The position numbers were made by a program, and so were the translations under genes. Below are positions 26,093-36,812 of a stretch of DNA of 64,000 nucleotides, piece after piece. Position 1 is the stretch's first letter. The number at the start of each line of letters is the position of its first letter. A model generated the notes under the pieces. The model made no database searches. It saw nothing but the letters and a program-made list of their open reading frames with translations, and was not told where the DNA came from. The DNA lies in the NCBI GenBank assembly GCA_051382335.1, contig JBBCAX010000084.1:23206-87205 (forward strand), read 5' to 3'. The DNA is from Deltaproteobacteria bacterium TL4 (GTDB lineage Bacteria > SAR324 > NAC60-12).

Positions 26093-27031
26093 ATGCCTTT
26101 AAATATCCTTGTGGTTGATGACCAGGCCATGATCCGAAACATTCACACCCAAATGCTGATTGATGGAGGACACTCCATTCAAACGGCAACCAATGGTCAG
26201 GAAGCACTCGATTGTTTTCTGCAGGCCCAAAAGGAAAAGCCTTTTGACTTGGTTATGACTGATGAAGAAATGCCCGTCATGACAGGCTTGGAGTTAGCAA
26301 GGAAACTCTATAGTAAGGTGCCAGGATTACCCATTGTCATGATTTCCAGCGTTGAAGATGTCAACTTAATGATTTCATTAATGCGTATGGGTATTTCCTT
26401 TTTTCGAAAACCTCTTCGCAAACAGGACATAGAACGGTTTTTAGAAGCGACAGAAAAACAAATCAAAATCAATAAACAACGTGAGCAAGAACAAGAAGGC
26501 CACAAAAAAGTAGAAGCGTTGGTTACCTCCACAACCTTCACCTTACACCTGCCTAATGACAAAGAACTCTCGCCTCCCGTCATCAAATATGTTCTGGATG
26601 CGTGCGAAGCAAATCAAATCAGTGAACAGATCACCTTTCGGGTTCACTTTGGACTGGAAGAAACCCTGATTAACGCCATGGCTCATGGTAACTTGGAGAT
26701 GGGAAGCGCTGAGTTTAAAAAGGAAGGAAACTTTGAACTGTGGGAGACCGAACTCATCAGACGCTCAGAAATAATGCCTTACAAAGATCGTAAAGTTAAA
26801 GTCCATGTTCGGATTGACAGAGGGAAAGAAGTCCGGCTAATGATAGAAGACCAAGGGAAGGGCTTCAATCACGAAGCCGTCTTGGCAAAAATCAGCGCAG
26901 ACGATATCTATCAAGCTTATGGCAGGGGTTTGATCATGCTCAAAGGGATGTCTGATGCGCTAGAATACAATACCAAGGGAAACTGCGTCTACATGACCTT
27001 CATTGAACCTGAGCCAGAAGACAAAACGTAA
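26093..27031 (+). CDS. Response-regulator receiver fused to an RsbW/SpoIIAB-like serine kinase (HATPase_c_2) domain
   Basis: REC (ILVVDDQAMIRN..DLVMTDEEMPVMTG..K). The C-terminal ATPase has an N-box EETLINAMAHGN, G1 EDQGKGF and G2 YGRGLIML. No HisKA H-box is present. Confidence 0.75.
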   Translation: MPLNILVVDDQAMIRNIHTQMLIDGGHSIQTATNGQEALDCFLQAQKEKPFDLVMTDEEMPVMTGLELARKLYSKVPGLPIVMISSVEDVNLMISLMRMGISFFRKPLRKQDIERFLEATEKQIKINKQREQEQEGHKKVEALVTSTTFTLHLPNDKELSPPVIKYVLDACEANQISEQITFRVHFGLEETLINAMAHGNLEMGSAEFKKEGNFELWETELIRRSEIMPYKDRKVKVHVRIDRGKEVRLMIEDQGKGFNHEAVLAKISADDIYQAYGRGLIMLKGMSDALEYNTKGNCVYMTFIEPEPEDKT

Positions 27032-27079
27032 AGTCTGGCTCAGAAATCTGGTGGAACAAAACCAGGATACCGACCTTTT

Positions 27080-27430
27080 CTAGGAAGAGGTGAGTGCTTC
27101 CCTGACAGTGCTGATATTCAACAGTTTCAATACACCACTGGCTTGTAATACATTCAAAACTTTATCTGTTAATTCACAAACAAACAGTTTCTTCTCCATT
27201 TTTTTCAAACTTATATGTTTGCCACAAATCCACCCAATCCCTGAGGAATCCATTTCATAAAGATGCTCACCATCAATGACCAAGCCTTGTAAAGTCTTGT
27301 CCGTTTTAACTTCTTCCAACAAAGGCAGGGTATACTTATTCAGTTGACTAACAGTGCTCTGTTCAAGACGTCCAGTAATCACCAGAACAATCATTTTACT
27401 GTCTTTGTCCTTGTAATGCGTCATTTCCAT
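27080..27430 (-). CDS. STAS-domain anti-sigma-factor antagonist (SpoIIAA/RsbV-like)
   Basis: 116 aa. VITGRLEQSTVSQL..LVIDGEHLYEMDSSGIGWI carries the conserved phosphorylatable DSSG context. Confidence 0.8.
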   Translation of the reverse strand: MEMTHYKDKDSKMIVLVITGRLEQSTVSQLNKYTLPLLEEVKTDKTLQGLVIDGEHLYEMDSSGIGWICGKHISLKKMEKKLFVCELTDKVLNVLQASGVLKLLNISTVREALTSS

Positions 27431-27735
27431 CGCTTCAACTCCAGGTTCTATTGGTTACGTGAGGATCAAATCTTGATTTATTTGAATCATTCCCTTTGTT
27501 TTTTATGTCAAATACGTTATCTCTAAAGTAAACCATAATTTTTATTATCCTTAATCTAGCTCAATGGCAAGCTTGTCTTCTTTAGAATTTAGTTCTATGA
27601 ATAATCATGTGAGGATGTCTAACGCGCGGAAGGAGACTCATGATAGCAAAAATGTATAAAAACCGAGCGGAACTTGGGGAAAAGTTCTTTCTTTCGGTTG
27701 TCAACGTGACAGAACGCACGGTCCGGGGGGATTCG

Positions 27736-28782
27736 ATGAAATTGATTGATAAAACGCCTTTTGATGTAATTCATGAGGATGGATTGCTGAGCGTAAGACA
27801 TTACCCCCGTCTTCAAAAAGATGAAATCACGATGGGTGAGGAGAACATCCCTGTACTTCATCGTGTCCATCGAACACCTCTCATTTTGGTTCCTCCCTTG
27901 GCGGTAGGAGCGTTTATTTTTGATCTATATCCCGCCCGAAGCCTGGTAAGTTACTTCTTGGCGCAGGGGTTTGACCTATACCTCATCAACTGGGGAAATC
28001 CTGACAAGGATCATTCTCACCTGTCCTTTGAAAAATATGTCCTGGACTGGATGCCTCAAGCTTTGAAGGAAATCCGGGAGCACAGTGGTAAGGAGGACGT
28101 TTCTTTGTTAGGTTATTGTATGGGAGGATTATTTTCCCTGATCTACACCGCGGTACATCACGATGCTAAGGTTCGCAACATCATCACCATCGCCAGCCCT
28201 ATTGACATGCATCAAATGGGAGCCGCAGGAAAGATTTTTTCCTTGACCTATCAACCCGCGCATCGTCTTGCCAGAGCGCTCAATTTTAGTATTTTGGATG
28301 TGGATCCTAAACATTTGCATATTTCAGGAAAGTTAGGGCATTTTGCTTTTTGGTTGACAAACCCCATTGGTAACTTGACCAGTACCTGGGATTTTATTCT
28401 GAATTTATGGGACCGTGAATATATGGTAAACCACGATTCTATGGGACATTGGTTTAGCAATATGCAGGATTACCCCGGAGCAACCATCAAGAGCCTGATA
28501 GTGCATATGGTACTTGACAATCAAATGGCAAAGGGCAAAATGCGTGTAGGTGCTCAAGAAGCAAGATTTGAACATATTCACAGTTCTCTGCTTTCGTTTG
28601 CGGGTGACGATGATAAAATCGTTCCTATTCGGTCCGCACGGAAAATACTGGATATCGTCGCCTCTGAAGATAAGGAATTTTATGTTGTTCCGGGAGGACA
28701 TGCCGGCGTTTTCGCGGGGAGACGCTCTGTGCAGAATGTTTGGGCGGTCAGTGCGGAATGGCTGGCAAAACGTTCCAATTGA
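27736..28782 (+). CDS. Alpha/beta hydrolase resembling class III/IV PHA synthase PhaC
   Basis: PLILVPP..INWGNPD, then the Cys-type lipase box LLGYCMGG, with later Asp (FAGDDDKIVP) and His (GGHAGVF). The ATG at 27736 after a G-rich RBS gives about 348 aa. The ORF track start at 27640 is less likely. Confidence 0.55.
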   Translation: MKLIDKTPFDVIHEDGLLSVRHYPRLQKDEITMGEENIPVLHRVHRTPLILVPPLAVGAFIFDLYPARSLVSYFLAQGFDLYLINWGNPDKDHSHLSFEKYVLDWMPQALKEIREHSGKEDVSLLGYCMGGLFSLIYTAVHHDAKVRNIITIASPIDMHQMGAAGKIFSLTYQPAHRLARALNFSILDVDPKHLHISGKLGHFAFWLTNPIGNLTSTWDFILNLWDREYMVNHDSMGHWFSNMQDYPGATIKSLIVHMVLDNQMAKGKMRVGAQEARFEHIHSSLLSFAGDDDKIVPIRSARKILDIVASEDKEFYVVPGGHAGVFAGRRSVQNVWAVSAEWLAKRSN

Positions 28783-28910
28783 AAGAGGCCTCCTCAGATC
28801 TCCCTGCTGTTTTTCGAAAACCTGAGAGATCTTTGCGTCAAAAGAGGAGATTATTTAATTCATGTTTCTGATGTTTTTTAGTTTCGATCATTTAAATTAA
28901 AGGAGTTACT

Positions 28911-29849
28911 GTGGCGGATTATAATAAATACAGGTTAGTCACCCGAAGCGATTTTGATGGACTCGTATGCGCGGTATTGCTTAAAGAATTGGACATGATT
29001 GAGGAAATCTTATTTGTCCATCCTAAAGACATGCAAGACGGGAAAATTAAAATTACAGGCAATGACATCACTACTAATTTACCCTACGTCGAGGGGGTTT
29101 ACATGGCCTTTGACCATCATTTCAGTGAAACCCTTCGAAGAGAAGGCCATCAACCGGACAATCATATCATTGATCCGGATGCCCCTTCCGCAGCCCGGGT
29201 TGTTTATGCTTATTACCAAAAGCAGAACCGTTTTCCGGCAGCGTGGGATGAGATGATGGTGGCGGTGGACAAAGCCGACTCTGCACAATATATTCGTGAT
29301 GAAATCCTGCATCCTCAAGGTTGGATCCTTCTGAACTACATCATGGATGCACGAACAGGTCTTGGTCGTTTTAGGAACTTCAGAGTCTCCAACTATCAAC
29401 TCATGATGCATTTGATTGACTATTGCAGGGAACATTCCATTGAAGAAATTCTGAATCTGCCGGATATCTTGGAGCGTGTGGATTTATACATGGACCATCT
29501 GGAAAAATCCAAGGAGCAGATAAAGCGTTGTACCACGGTCAAGGGGCACGTTGGCCTTCTTGATCTAAGAAATGAAGAGACGATCTACTCGGCAAACCGT
29601 TTTATGATTTATGCCCTTTTTCCAAAAATTAAGGTTTCGATTCATGTGGTCTGGGGACTGAAAAAACAAAACGTTGCGCTCCCCGTTGGGAAATCAATTC
29701 TTGACCGAACGTCAAAAACCAATATTGGGGAGTTATGCTTGAAATACGGAGGTGGCGGACATGCCAACGCGGGAACATGCCAGGTTGATAATGACCAAGT
29801 CGAGCAAGTCCTGCGTGAATTGGTGGAACAAATTAATGCAGATGCTTAG
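28911..29849 (+). CDS. DHH/DHHA1-family phosphoesterase
   Basis: Motif I SDFDG, motif III AFDHH and the DHHA1 motif GGGGHANAG. GTG start is preceded by AAAGGAG. Confidence 0.75.
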   Translation: MADYNKYRLVTRSDFDGLVCAVLLKELDMIEEILFVHPKDMQDGKIKITGNDITTNLPYVEGVYMAFDHHFSETLRREGHQPDNHIIDPDAPSAARVVYAYYQKQNRFPAAWDEMMVAVDKADSAQYIRDEILHPQGWILLNYIMDARTGLGRFRNFRVSNYQLMMHLIDYCREHSIEEILNLPDILERVDLYMDHLEKSKEQIKRCTTVKGHVGLLDLRNEETIYSANRFMIYALFPKIKVSIHVVWGLKKQNVALPVGKSILDRTSKTNIGELCLKYGGGGHANAGTCQVDNDQVEQVLRELVEQINADA

Positions 29850-30339
29850 ATCCTTGTTTACTTGGTTGCTGTGAAACCGCACACTGTCGTGAAATAGGTA
29901 TCAGCTCCTTAAAAATTCTGTGAGCTTAGTGTCTTTTTCAACTGGGGCCAAAGTCTCAGAGGTCAGTTAACTGACAGCGACTTATCATTCGACTACCGGG
30001 AGCACGAAGATTCACTAAGGAAGTTGTGGCTTTTCTTAGTGTTTCTTCCTGCTTCGATAGTTGCCCCTTTGGTGAGAACGCCTTGCCTTGAAACTCCCTG
30101 TAAATTTTCAGAATTACCAACTCTTTATGAGTTCTTCATAATTTCTCCATAATTTTCTGTTAACTTAGGCTTATCTTCTGAATAATCGTCACGGTTCAGA
30201 AGTTGACTTAATTCGACGTTTGTTGACGGAGAATCATTTTACTGCAGGAAAGGAATTCTGCTGGAACGTTCGGGTATTTCAGTTCCAGGAGGAGAACCGG
30301 TGGAACTTAAAGAAAAAGGAACGCCATAAAAGGAACCCT

Positions 30340-31665
30340 ATGAAGAAAATATTGATCCTCATTCTGATTGGCATTGTGGGTGGCGGTGCTGCTTTCTGGC
30401 ACTATAAGAAAACGCCCCGTTCCGACGAAAAAAAGAAGCAGCTTACCATCAAAGTTGAGCGGGCTCCCATCAAGTTGACTGTCTCTTCCACCGGACGAGT
30501 CGTCGCCTATCTTGAGGTAGAAATTAAAAGCAAGGCCAATGGCGAAATTATCCAATTGCCCTATGACATCAGTGACTCCGTTAAAAAAGGAGATTTACTG
30601 GTTGAGTTGGATCCCTCTGATGAAGAACGTAACGTCAAACAGGCCCAAATTGCGCTTTCCATTTCTCAGGCCAAAATGGAGCAAGTCCGGCTAGGCCTTC
30701 TCATTGCTGAAAAAGACGCCGTCCACGAGAGGCAACGGCGACAGATTGCGCTGGAATTGGCTCAGGCAAAAACTCAGGATATCCAGACAAAGGCTGATCG
30801 GATTAAACTGCTGATGGACAAAAAATTGACCAGCCAGGAAGAGTATGATACCGCCCTGACCTCGGCAATACAAGTCCAGGCGGATCTCCAGACAGCAAAG
30901 ATCCAAATGGATGAACTGGCAACTCAAGAACTGGCCTTGGACGTAAAACGACAAGATGTGATTCTGGCTCAGGCCAGCCTGGAATCTGATAAAATCACGC
31001 TTTCCACAGTCCAGCAACGCTTAGCCGACACCCGAGTGGTCTCTCCTATTAACGGAGTGATTACCTCCCGCAGTGTGCAGGTAGGACAGATCATTTCCTC
31101 AGGAATAAATAGTGTGAGTGGAGGCACCTCAATCTTAAAAATATCGGATCTCACCCGCTTGTTCATTTTAGCTGCCGTAGATGAAAGTGATATTGGAAAG
31201 TTAAAAATCGGATGCCCTGTTCAAATCACAACGGATGCTTTCCCTAATATCTCTTTTCGAGGTAAAGTGGTTCGCATTGCCACTCAAGGTGTCAATGTTT
31301 CGAATGTCGTTACGTTTGAAGTTCAAATCGAAGTCAGTGGAAAAAATAAATCCCTGTTGAAATCGGAAATGACAGCAAACCTGGAAATCATTGCTGAGGA
31401 GAAAGAAGAGGCTCTGCTTGTACCGGCTGAAGCGGTATTCAGAGTTCATAAGCAGCCTATGGTTAAAGTTGTGAAAGAGGACAAAACGATTGAGGAACGT
31501 CCTGTGGAAACAGGAATTAATGATGGAGTGCAGGTAGAAATCATTAAAGGTTTAAATGAAGGTGAAATCATTCATACCACCAAAGGCGCGGCAGAAAGTC
31601 GTTGGCGTAAAGATGATCAAAACGGGCAGGAAAGGCCCGGTCGAAGGATGTTTTTAGGACATTAG
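30340..31665 (+). CDS. macA: MacA/HlyD-family periplasmic adaptor of an ABC efflux pump
   Basis: Signal-anchor MKKILILILIGIVGGG, a lipoyl-like hairpin (GEIIQLPYDISDSVKKGDLLVELD), a long alpha-hairpin and beta-barrel segments (VVSPINGVITSRSV). The ATG at 30340 is preferred over the TTG at 30220. Confidence 0.85.
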   Translation: MKKILILILIGIVGGGAAFWHYKKTPRSDEKKKQLTIKVERAPIKLTVSSTGRVVAYLEVEIKSKANGEIIQLPYDISDSVKKGDLLVELDPSDEERNVKQAQIALSISQAKMEQVRLGLLIAEKDAVHERQRRQIALELAQAKTQDIQTKADRIKLLMDKKLTSQEEYDTALTSAIQVQADLQTAKIQMDELATQELALDVKRQDVILAQASLESDKITLSTVQQRLADTRVVSPINGVITSRSVQVGQIISSGINSVSGGTSILKISDLTRLFILAAVDESDIGKLKIGCPVQITTDAFPNISFRGKVVRIATQGVNVSNVVTFEVQIEVSGKNKSLLKSEMTANLEIIAEEKEEALLVPAEAVFRVHKQPMVKVVKEDKTIEERPVETGINDGVQVEIIKGLNEGEIIHTTKGAAESRWRKDDQNGQERPGRRMFLGH

Positions 31666-31667
31666 TT

Positions 31668-32345
31668 ATGATTGATATCGATTCTCTGATAAAAACTTAT
31701 ACCTTGGGAAATGCCACAATCCGAGCACTGGATGGTCTGAGTTTACAAATTCAGAAGGGAGAAATGGTGGCCATCACCGGATCCTCGGGAAGCGGTAAAT
31801 CGACCTTGATGAGCATTCTTGGCTGTCTGGATCGACCCACTTCCGGAAAATATATTCTCGCTGGAGAAGATGTTTCCCTGCTCGCCAAAGATCGGTTGGC
31901 CGAAATTCGAAACCGCTATATTGGATTTATCTTCCAGAGTTTTAATCTGCTCTCCCGGATGTCTGCCCTGGAAAATGTAGAGCTTCCTTTACTTTACGCC
32001 GGAAATCATAATGCCAAGGATCGCGCTAAACAAGCCCTCTACCGTGTAGGTTTGGAAGATCGGATGAATCATGAACCGAATCAGCTTTCCGGAGGACAGC
32101 GTCAGCGAGTAGCCATCGCTCGTGCCATCGTAACGGATCCCGCCATTATTCTAGCAGATGAACCCACTGGAAACCTCGATAGTAAAACCGGGGAAGAAAT
32201 TATGGATCTGTTTGAAAAACTCAATGCGGAAGGACGGACCTTGGTTATTGTCACTCATGAAGCCAACATTGCCCAACATTGTAAACGGCAAGTGCACCTG
32301 AAAGATGGCCGAATTCTTAACCCTGAAATCAAGGCTGAGGGATAA
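31668..32345 (+). CDS. MacB/LolD-type ABC transporter ATP-binding protein
   Basis: Walker [10 protein letters not shown], signature LSGGQRQR, Walker [12 protein letters not shown] and the FIFQSFNLL motif typical of this subfamily. Confidence 0.92.
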   Translation: MIDIDSLIKTYTLGNATIRALDGLSLQIQKGEMVAITGSSGSGKSTLMSILGCLDRPTSGKYILAGEDVSLLAKDRLAEIRNRYIGFIFQSFNLLSRMSALENVELPLLYAGNHNAKDRAKQALYRVGLEDRMNHEPNQLSGGQRQRVAIARAIVTDPAIILADEPTGNLDSKTGEEIMDLFEKLNAEGRTLVIVTHEANIAQHCKRQVHLKDGRILNPEIKAEG

Positions 32346-33553
32346 TGCTCTTTTGGATCTTGTTTAAGCTTGCCATAAAAAGTTTGTTTGCCAATAAACT
32401 GCGATCCTTCCTGGCCATGCTGGGAATTGTGATTGGGGTGGGTGCTGTTATTTCCATGCTGGCCATCGCTAAAGGCGCGCAACAACAAGTAATGGAACGA
32501 ATTTCTTCTATGGGAACCAACCTGTTGATAGTACGTCCTGGACAAAGGGGATCTCATGGCGTCGCTTCGGAAACGGAAGAAGTTCTCACGGTGGAAGATG
32601 CTCAAGCCATTCTGAATACAGTCTCAGGTGTCTATCAAATGGCTCCATTGATCATGTCCCGAGCGCAGGTTAAATATTTAAATAAAAATAGCCGAACCAA
32701 TGTTATCGGGACGTCAACCACTTATTTTTCGATTCGTAATTTTGAAGTCGAGCAAGGACGAAACTTCACTGAAGGTGAGGTCAATCGACAGGCATGGGTT
32801 GCGGTGATTGGCCCTACCGTTGCTGAAAATCTTTTTGGCAGTGACAAGCCTGTGGGCGAAACATTTAAAATCAAGGGACTCAATTTTCGGATTGTGGGAC
32901 TTTTAAAAACTAAAGGAGATCAGGGGTGGTTTAATCCTGATGATCAGGTTATTGTTCCTTACACCACCGCTATGAAAATCATCTTTGGTTTGGATCAATT
33001 AAGAGAAATTGATATTCAGGCAACTCCAGGCGCGGATTTAACCAAAATACAGGAAGATACCACAAAACTTTTACGCAAACTTCATCGTCTTCAGCCGGAA
33101 ACTCCAGATAATTTCAATGTTCGCAATCAAGCGGAAATTGTCGATGTCGCCTCCAGTATCAGTCAAACCTTTACCATTCTGCTGGGTGGCATTGCCAGTA
33201 TTTCGCTGCTTGTGGGCGGAATTGGCATTATGAACATCATGCTTGTAACCGTTACAGAACGAACCAGAGAAATCGGTATTCGTAAAGCCATTGGCGCAAA
33301 GGATCGTGATATCCTGCGACAGTTTTTAATTGAAGCGGTAATAATGACAGCGATGGGAGGCTTAATCGGGATAGCGATGGGAATGGGAATCGCTTATTTG
33401 ATCGATGAATTCAGTCCCTTTCAAACAATTGTCGAACCCCTGAGTATTTTGATGGCTCTTTCCTTTTCAGCAGGCATAGGCATCTTCTTTGGCTACTACC
33501 CTGCCCGTCGTGCCGCTCAATTGGATCCCATTGTCGCTCTGCGGTATGAATAA
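32345..33553 (+). CDS. MacB-type ABC transporter permease (FtsX-like, with periplasmic MacB_PCD)
   Basis: N-terminal TM, a roughly 220-aa periplasmic domain, then three TMs. ERTREIGIRKAIGA and a C-terminal LDPIVALRYE are characteristic. The start overlaps the ATPase stop. Confidence 0.9.
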   Translation: MLFWILFKLAIKSLFANKLRSFLAMLGIVIGVGAVISMLAIAKGAQQQVMERISSMGTNLLIVRPGQRGSHGVASETEEVLTVEDAQAILNTVSGVYQMAPLIMSRAQVKYLNKNSRTNVIGTSTTYFSIRNFEVEQGRNFTEGEVNRQAWVAVIGPTVAENLFGSDKPVGETFKIKGLNFRIVGLLKTKGDQGWFNPDDQVIVPYTTAMKIIFGLDQLREIDIQATPGADLTKIQEDTTKLLRKLHRLQPETPDNFNVRNQAEIVDVASSISQTFTILLGGIASISLLVGGIGIMNIMLVTVTERTREIGIRKAIGAKDRDILRQFLIEAVIMTAMGGLIGIAMGMGIAYLIDEFSPFQTIVEPLSILMALSFSAGIGIFFGYYPARRAAQLDPIVALRYE

Positions 33554-33615
33554 TCCCCAGTCAGGATAAACCATTTCCAGGCTTTGCGTCGAAACGCTGA
33601 ATAGTAAGCGAGCAC

Positions 33616-33649
33616 AAAGAGTGGTGGAATTGAATTCAACCACTCTTTT
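33616..33649. terminator. Bidirectional rho-independent terminator between the ABC permease and sucD
   Basis: AAAGAGTGGT (33616-33625) pairs with ACCACTCTTT (33639-33648), a 10-bp stem followed by a T run. The A run on the left gives the same structure for the minus-strand sucD transcript. Confidence 0.7.
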
Positions 33650-33661
33650 CGATGGGGATGA

Positions 33662-34555
33662 TTAGCCTAAAACCTTAATCATCGTGTCCCCTAATTCAAC
33701 AGGGGTTTTACAGACGTAGATTCCCGCTGCTTGCAAGGCGTTCATCTTATCTGCCGCGGTACCTTTGCCTCCTGCGATAATGGCGCCGGCATGTCCCATT
33801 CGACGTCCTGCAGGTGCGGTTTGTCCTGCAATAAAACTGACAATGGGCTTGGTCACATACGCCTTGGCATAGGCTGCCGCTTTTTCTTCAGCGTCCCCGC
33901 CAATTTCACCAATCATGACAATTCCGTCCGTGTCAGGATCGTTTTGGAATAATTCGAGACAATCAATAAAGTTAGTTCCATTGATGGGGTCTCCGCCAAT
34001 TCCAATACAGGTACTTTGTCCTAAGCCCACACGAGTCAATTGACTGACGGCTTCATAAGTCAACGTTCCTGAGCGGGAAACCACACCGATATTGCCGGGC
34101 TTGAGCCCAATACGGTTGGGCTTGTGAATAGATCCTGGCATGATTCCGATTTTACACTGTCCCGGCGTAATGATTCCAGGACAATTGGGGCCGATCAACC
34201 GCAAGCCCTTGGCTTTGACATATCGGACCGCAGAGATCATATCGATGACAGGAACGCCTTCGGTGATGGCTACAATTAAGGGAATTCCGGCATCTGCGGC
34301 TTCCATTACGGCATCTCCCGCAAAAGCGGGAGGCACAAAAATCATGGTAGCATTCGCGCCTGTCGCTGCTACAGCTTCTTTCACAGTGTTAAAAATGGGA
34401 ATCGTATCATCAAATTTCTGTCCGCCTTTGCCTGGAGTCACTCCAGCAACAACATTGGTTCCATAATTCCGACAACCTCGAGTGTGGAGCGCTCCCTGAG
34501 AACCTGTAATCCCCTGGACTATAAGTTTTGTGTTATTATCAACTAATACGGCCAT
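33662..34555 (-). CDS. sucD: Succinyl-CoA synthetase alpha subunit
   Basis: [26 protein letters not shown] and the phosphohistidine loop MGHAGAI. Confidence 0.95.
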   Translation of the reverse strand: MAVLVDNNTKLIVQGITGSQGALHTRGCRNYGTNVVAGVTPGKGGQKFDDTIPIFNTVKEAVAATGANATMIFVPPAFAGDAVMEAADAGIPLIVAITEGVPVIDMISAVRYVKAKGLRLIGPNCPGIITPGQCKIGIMPGSIHKPNRIGLKPGNIGVVSRSGTLTYEAVSQLTRVGLGQSTCIGIGGDPINGTNFIDCLELFQNDPDTDGIVMIGEIGGDAEEKAAAYAKAYVTKPIVSFIAGQTAPAGRRMGHAGAIIAGGKGTAADKMNALQAAGIYVCKTPVELGDTMIKVLG

Positions 34556-34605
34556 AATATCCTTTTTGATTTAAAACGTTAGCAATTCGCTATTTGTATA
34601 AAATT

Positions 34606-35784
34606 TTACTGTTTAGCAGCGGCAACGGCTCGTTGAGCCGCGTCTTTTAAACCATCTGCCATTTGCAGTTTATCTCCAAATCCGGAATTTGCGACCAATT
34701 TTTGTGCTTCATCCGCATTGGTTCCTTCCAGTCGAATCACCACGGGAATCGTAAGTCCAATACTCTTGATTGCGGCAATAACACCTGATGCCACCATATC
34801 ACAACGTACAATTCCTCCAAAAATATTAATGAGAATACATCGGATATTGGGATCTTTCATAATAATTTTGAATGCTATTTCTACGGTTTCCTTGGTTGAG
34901 GTTCCGCCTACATCCAGGAAGTTCGCGGGCTGGCCGCCATAGGATTTGATGATATCCATTGTTCCCATTGCCAATCCTGCCCCATTGACCATACATCCAA
35001 TATTCCCCTCCAATTTGATGAAATTGAGTCCAAATTTTGCGGCTTCAAGTTCAGCCAAATCTTCCTCATCTTCATCTTGTAATTTCAAGGTGGCGTTGTG
35101 TCTAAAAAGCGCATTATCGTCAAAAGTCATTTTGGTATCCAACGCAATCACGCGGCCATCACCTGTCAATACCAAGGGGTTGATTTCAATGAGAGAACAA
35201 TCTTCCGCTATAAAAGCGTTATAAAGTCCCATCAACAAGCGAGCCGTGGGGGTTACCAGTTTAGGGTTCACTTTGTCAACTTCCAAACCATAGGCCAGTT
35301 GTATCGCCTGAAAAGAGCGAAACCCGATCGTAGGGTCAACAACACATTGTAGGATTTTTTCCGGAGTTTTTGCCGCAACTTCTTCAATGTTCATGCCGCC
35401 TTCTGTTGAAGCCAAAATCACAACGGATTGAGAACCTCGATCAACCAGAACAGAAACATAGAGTTCCTTAACAATATCCATCCCTTCTTCAATCAAAACC
35501 TGCTTGACCTTTTGCCCTTCAGGCCCAGTTTGATGAGTCACCAACTGCATTCCCAAGATGGCTTCCGCATTTTTTTTGACAGCGTCTAACCCCTTGGAGA
35601 CTTTGACGCCGCCTCCTTTTCCGCGTCCTCCAGCGTGGATCTGGGCTTTGACGACACAAACTTCTTTTCCTAATTCCTCTGCCACTTGAATTGCGTCACC
35701 CACCGTTCTCGCAACACGGCCTTTGGGGACAGGAACCCCATATCTAGCCAAGATTTCTTTTCCTTGATATTCATGAATCTTCAT
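34606..35784 (-). CDS. sucC: Succinyl-CoA synthetase beta subunit
   Basis: [18 protein letters not shown].., an ATP-grasp domain and [14 protein letters not shown]. The ATG at 35784 is preceded by AAAGGAG. Confidence 0.95.
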   Translation of the reverse strand: MKIHEYQGKEILARYGVPVPKGRVARTVGDAIQVAEELGKEVCVVKAQIHAGGRGKGGGVKVSKGLDAVKKNAEAILGMQLVTHQTGPEGQKVKQVLIEEGMDIVKELYVSVLVDRGSQSVVILASTEGGMNIEEVAAKTPEKILQCVVDPTIGFRSFQAIQLAYGLEVDKVNPKLVTPTARLLMGLYNAFIAEDCSLIEINPLVLTGDGRVIALDTKMTFDDNALFRHNATLKLQDEDEEDLAELEAAKFGLNFIKLEGNIGCMVNGAGLAMGTMDIIKSYGGQPANFLDVGGTSTKETVEIAFKIIMKDPNIRCILINIFGGIVRCDMVASGVIAAIKSIGLTIPVVIRLEGTNADEAQKLVANSGFGDKLQMADGLKDAAQRAVAAAKQ

Positions 35785-35831
35785 AAAAATCTCCTTTAAT
35801 GATTTACCCTTAAAAAGCCTCACACTGGAGT

Positions 35832-36812
35832 CTAAGACAACTTATCCTTGACGGCTTCTCGCTCCCATACAAGTTCTTCTTTGGTCGCTTGAATTTTTTG
35901 TTGTGCGAATTCATTGTGTTTCACGTCTTGTACGATTTGGTATTGCTTGCCATCGCTGCGAAGTGGATAACCGAAAATCAGTCCCTCTGGAATACCATAA
36001 CTTCCGTCACTAGGAACTGCCGCGCTGAACGAGTCTCCTTTGGGTGTAGGCGTAGTCAAATGTGTGATGGTATCCAAGCAGGCATTTGCGGCAGAAGCTG
36101 CGGAGGAGGCACCTCGGGCTTCGATGATCGCGGCACCTCTGTTTTGGACTGTTTTAATAAAATCGCCCTGAAGCCACGCTGTATCGGTAATGACTTTAGC
36201 TGCGGACTTCCCGTTGATTTGGGCATTATAAAAATCAGGGTATTGAGTGGAGCTATGATTTCCCCAAATGGTCATATTGGTAACGCTTTTACTATGAACA
36301 CCTGCTTTGGCGGCTAACTGACTTTTAGCACGATTCTCGTCCAAAGCGGTCATCGCAAACCATCGGTTCCTAGGGATACGAGGCGCATGACTCATCGCAA
36401 TCAAACAGTTGGTATTGCATGGGTTTCCAACCACAATCACACGTGCATCATCTGCCGCATTCTCATTAATGGCTTTTCCCTGAACTGTAAAAATACCCCC
36501 ATTGATTGAGAGCAAGTCATTACGTTCCATTCCCTTTTTACGAGGAACACTTCCTACCAAGAGACACCAGTTCGCGTCTTTGACGCCTACATTGATGTCA
36601 GAAGTAAGCGTTATGCTTTTGAGTTGAGGAAACGCGCAATCATTCAATTCCATGGCCACTCCGTTTAACGCGCCCATGGCTTGTTCCAATTCAATCAACT
36701 GCAACTCAACTTGGGTGTCCGGACCAAAAACAGCGCCAGAACCCAAGCGAAAAATCATTGCGTATCCTATTTGTCCTGCAGCACCGGTGACTGCCACTTT
36801 TACAGTTTTCAT
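35832..36812 (-). CDS. mdh: Malate dehydrogenase (type 2, cytosolic-like)
   Basis: [26 protein letters not shown] and [12 protein letters not shown]. It is the first gene of an mdh-sucC-sucD string. Confidence 0.9.
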   Translation of the reverse strand: MKTVKVAVTGAAGQIGYAMIFRLGSGAVFGPDTQVELQLIELEQAMGALNGVAMELNDCAFPQLKSITLTSDINVGVKDANWCLLVGSVPRKKGMERNDLLSINGGIFTVQGKAINENAADDARVIVVGNPCNTNCLIAMSHAPRIPRNRWFAMTALDENRAKSQLAAKAGVHSKSVTNMTIWGNHSSTQYPDFYNAQINGKSAAKVITDTAWLQGDFIKTVQNRGAAIIEARGASSAASAANACLDTITHLTTPTPKGDSFSAAVPSDGSYGIPEGLIFGYPLRSDGKQYQIVQDVKHNEFAQQKIQATKEELVWEREAVKDKLS

